This document shows positions 61,716-64,000 of a stretch of 64,000 nt of DNA, piece by piece. Below the pieces are notes generated by a model. That model did no database searches. It saw only the letters and a program-made list of their open reading frames with translations, and was not told where the DNA came from. Every line of letters begins with the position of its first letter. The first letter of the stretch is position 1. A program made the translations under genes and the position numbers. The stretch comes from Vitrella brassicaformis CCMP3155 (lineage: Eukaryota; Protista; Chromerida), in the NCBI GenBank assembly GCA_001179505.1, contig CDMY01000244.1, positions 1-64,000 on the forward strand, read 5' to 3'.

Positions 61716-63650
61716 TCAGCTGGCTGGCTTGAGTCTCTTTACGTTGACACACACCTCATTGGACCTCAGCCACGGCAGCTTTTGTGGCCCATTGTACATG
61801 TGCAGCCGGAAGGCGTCGTCGTCAGCCACAGCAAACACCCCATCCCTGGCTATCTCCACCTTCAGCTCCTCCAATCGCCGCTGGATCTCATTCTCCGTCG
61901 CAAATCCAGCGAAGCGCAGGACAGCCACGGTCTCTGGCAGCCTCTCTTGCACCGACACCGCAATGTCATATGGCTCCGGCGCACGGCCGACCTGCTGATA
62001 CTCGGATGGCAGCACGAACGTCATGTAGAGGGCACCTTTCCGCGTCCTCTCTATCATGATTGGTGTCGTCAGGTCCATCACCACGCCGCCATCAGTGTCG
62101 GTCGTCGCTGTTGGTGGCTTGGGTGGTCTCTTGGCAGGGATTTGGGTGTCATTCATCATGCCCATGGCGCCAGAGTAAGACGTTCCGTTGGATGCTGCGG
62201 TGGTGGACGCGCCGAGGGGGACGTTGTTGCCCAGATAGTAGGCCAGCAGCTTTCCCAGGGCCGTGCCGGTCGCGAGGAGGTCTGTCGTGATCTTGCCTGG
62301 CGAGACCCGCCCCATCTTGACGCTTGCGATCGAGTATCCGCTGTAACGCCTCACCTCGTACTCATCAACCTGCAGACAGACAGACAGACAGACAGACACA
62401 CCACACCACACCACACGCACACGCACACGCACACATGAATGAGCGAATGCATCGCGGCGGATACGCATTGCATTCATTCAGATAGTCGGTCCTTGTTTGT
62501 TCTTTCATACCTTCCGTTCCAGTGAGTATCTGGGCGTTTCTATCCCCTGAGGCGTCCGCCTGAGTGCGTTCTTGCCCTCCCGCAGCAGAGGGGCAAGGGG
62601 AAGGCCACGTCGAACAGCACGCAGCGACCGCCGCATCAACGGTGGCAACGACCGTGCCACTGACTGAGACGCGGTAGGGAGTCTCGCCACCACCTTGGTG
62701 GTCAACTGGGGCATGTCGGAGGCCAACGTGGGCAGCAGGTCACGCAGCACCTGTCGCCGTAACGCCCCCAGATCCCGCCGCCGCGGCACGGCGCCCAACA
62801 GAAGCGACACAATCTCACTGCGGATTTCAGGTGCTTGCTTCAACAGATCCTGTAAGGACGGACACGCGGTGTAGGGCGTGCCGTGCGTCAGTGGATGTGT
62901 GGTTTGCCTTGCGTACATACCTGTGCTAGCACCGATCGCTGGCTCATGGTGGTTGCTGGCCGCAGGAGGTGGTCTATCTTTTCCTCCCACGACATCACTG
63001 ACATGACGACAAGGCAACACACATGGGTGCGGGCGGAGTGCAAACCACTGCCAGCGGGAGGTGCGCGTGTCACCCACCTGTGGCGTCGGGTGAAGCCAGG
63101 GGCGCTGCAGATTGCTGGTCCGGTGCAGAACGCAGACGAGTGAGCTGCGACATCCTGTCCGGCACATGCAGCAGGAAGGCTGACCCTCCGAAGCCTGCAA
63201 CACGCAAGTGCATGGAAGATGCACGGTTCCCCTTCCCCCTGCCGTCTGTCTGTAATCCTCACCAGGCCGATGTGCAGTCCTCGCTGCATGGGTGAGAGAG
63301 CGGGTGGAAAAGAAGCAAAGGACCAGACAGACAGAGATGGAGATTCGCATATGGGCTGCCATATCGACACTGATGCCGCTGACACGCGGGAGATGATGAT
63401 GGCGGGATCTTGCAAGCTCGCCTCGAAGCTGAGCTCGCGGATGCGATGACTCGTCCGCCGCAGTCTTTCTCCATCCAGATCTCTCATCTGCACCCATCTA
63501 TACGAGTTGCTTCACTGCAGCGGCTTTTCCTTCTGTCTGTCCTCGTTCTCGGTGTTCAGAGTGTGCCCAGCCGCCAGACCCACAGATCTCCGCATCGGCA
63601 TGAACCGCTGAGCCGTCGGGTAGACAGCCCTTCATCATCAGCCGCCCCGC
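61716..63650 (-). CDS. SOUL/HBP heme-binding domain protein with a long N-terminal extension (5' end uncertain)
   Basis: [12 protein letters not shown]|[37 protein letters not shown]...[31 protein letters not shown] are SOUL signatures. Confidence 0.8.
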
Positions 63651-63793
63651 TATCTCGTGCTTCTGTTGCATGGATGCGTCCATCCATCCGCCGCTCTCTT
63701 CTGAGGTCTATTAGTACTGCTCCGTCTGATCAGAGGCTCATCATCAACAGAAGGCCGGCGGGGACAACGCGGGGATTTTCCTCATTCGTCGCT

Positions 63794-64000
63794 ATGAGTG
63801 CAGCGGCTGCCACCGCGGCTGCCGAGCTTCCCTCGGCCAATGTGTTGTCGTCCGAGAAGAGTCCCTATCTGCTGCAGCACGCCCACAACCCCATCCACTG
63901 GTACCCCTGGGGCAGTGAGGCCTTCGCAAGGGCGCAGCGGGAGGACAAGCCGGTGTTCCTGAGTGTGGGGTACAGCACCTGCCACTGGTGCCACGTCATG
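63794..64000 (+). CDS. SPATA20: 5' end of a SPATA20/YyaL thioredoxin-domain protein (runs off the window)
   Basis: [54 protein letters not shown] is the diagnostic N-terminus. Confidence 0.93.
   Translation, partial: MSAAAATAAAELPSANVLSSEKSPYLLQHAHNPIHWYPWGSEAFARAQREDKPVFLSVGYSTCHWCHVM

Noticed and set aside
1-64000. Most long ORFs in the supplied track (e.g. 43367-44413 +, 28246-29403 +, 61587-62438 +)
   Set aside because: They are antisense or alternate-frame shadows of real GC-rich exons, or read through intron microsatellites (HTHTHT, CVCVCV, DRQTDR).
1-64000. CRISPR arrays, rRNA/tRNA genes, autonomous transposons
   Set aside because: No spaced direct repeats, no recognisable structural RNA, and no transposase, RT or integrase motifs were seen; repeats are simple microsatellites and the J-domain duplicates. 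A tRNAscan/Infernal run would be needed to exclude small RNAs.

Overview
GC-rich, intron-dense eukaryotic genomic DNA. Short GT-AG introns full of (CA)n/(GACA)n/(TG)n repeats, an alveolate-type gene set and a bipartite plastid-targeting leader suggest a chromerid such as Vitrella; this is inference, not a database match. About 22 spliced genes or gene relics were reconstructed by hand, so exon limits are approximate. They include a secreted coiled-coil/3xTSR/vWA protein, a small Cys-rich secreted protein, a helical-repeat (HPR/OPR-like)-RluA fusion, POFUT2, a secreted tandem MTA/SAH-nucleosidase-family protein, a PIWI-clade Argonaute, PP2C, a sulfotransferase, a PDI, a plastid-type Xpt-like protein, an IKS1-like kinase, QTRT1, a SOUL protein, the 5' end of SPATA20 and a family of intron-containing J-domain duplicates, two of them damaged, around a 300-N gap. 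The strongest leads are: (1) a PIWI with an intact 5'-phosphate pocket but a broken slicer tetrad; (2) a plastid-targeted Firmicute-type xanthine-PRTase-like domain with a degenerate PRPP loop; (3) a secreted two-domain nucleosidase whose first domain lacks exactly the catalytic Ser-Asp; (4) the HPR-RluA fusion; (5) strand-polarised, self-complementary intron microsatellites. No rRNA, tRNA, CRISPR array or recognisable transposon was seen.
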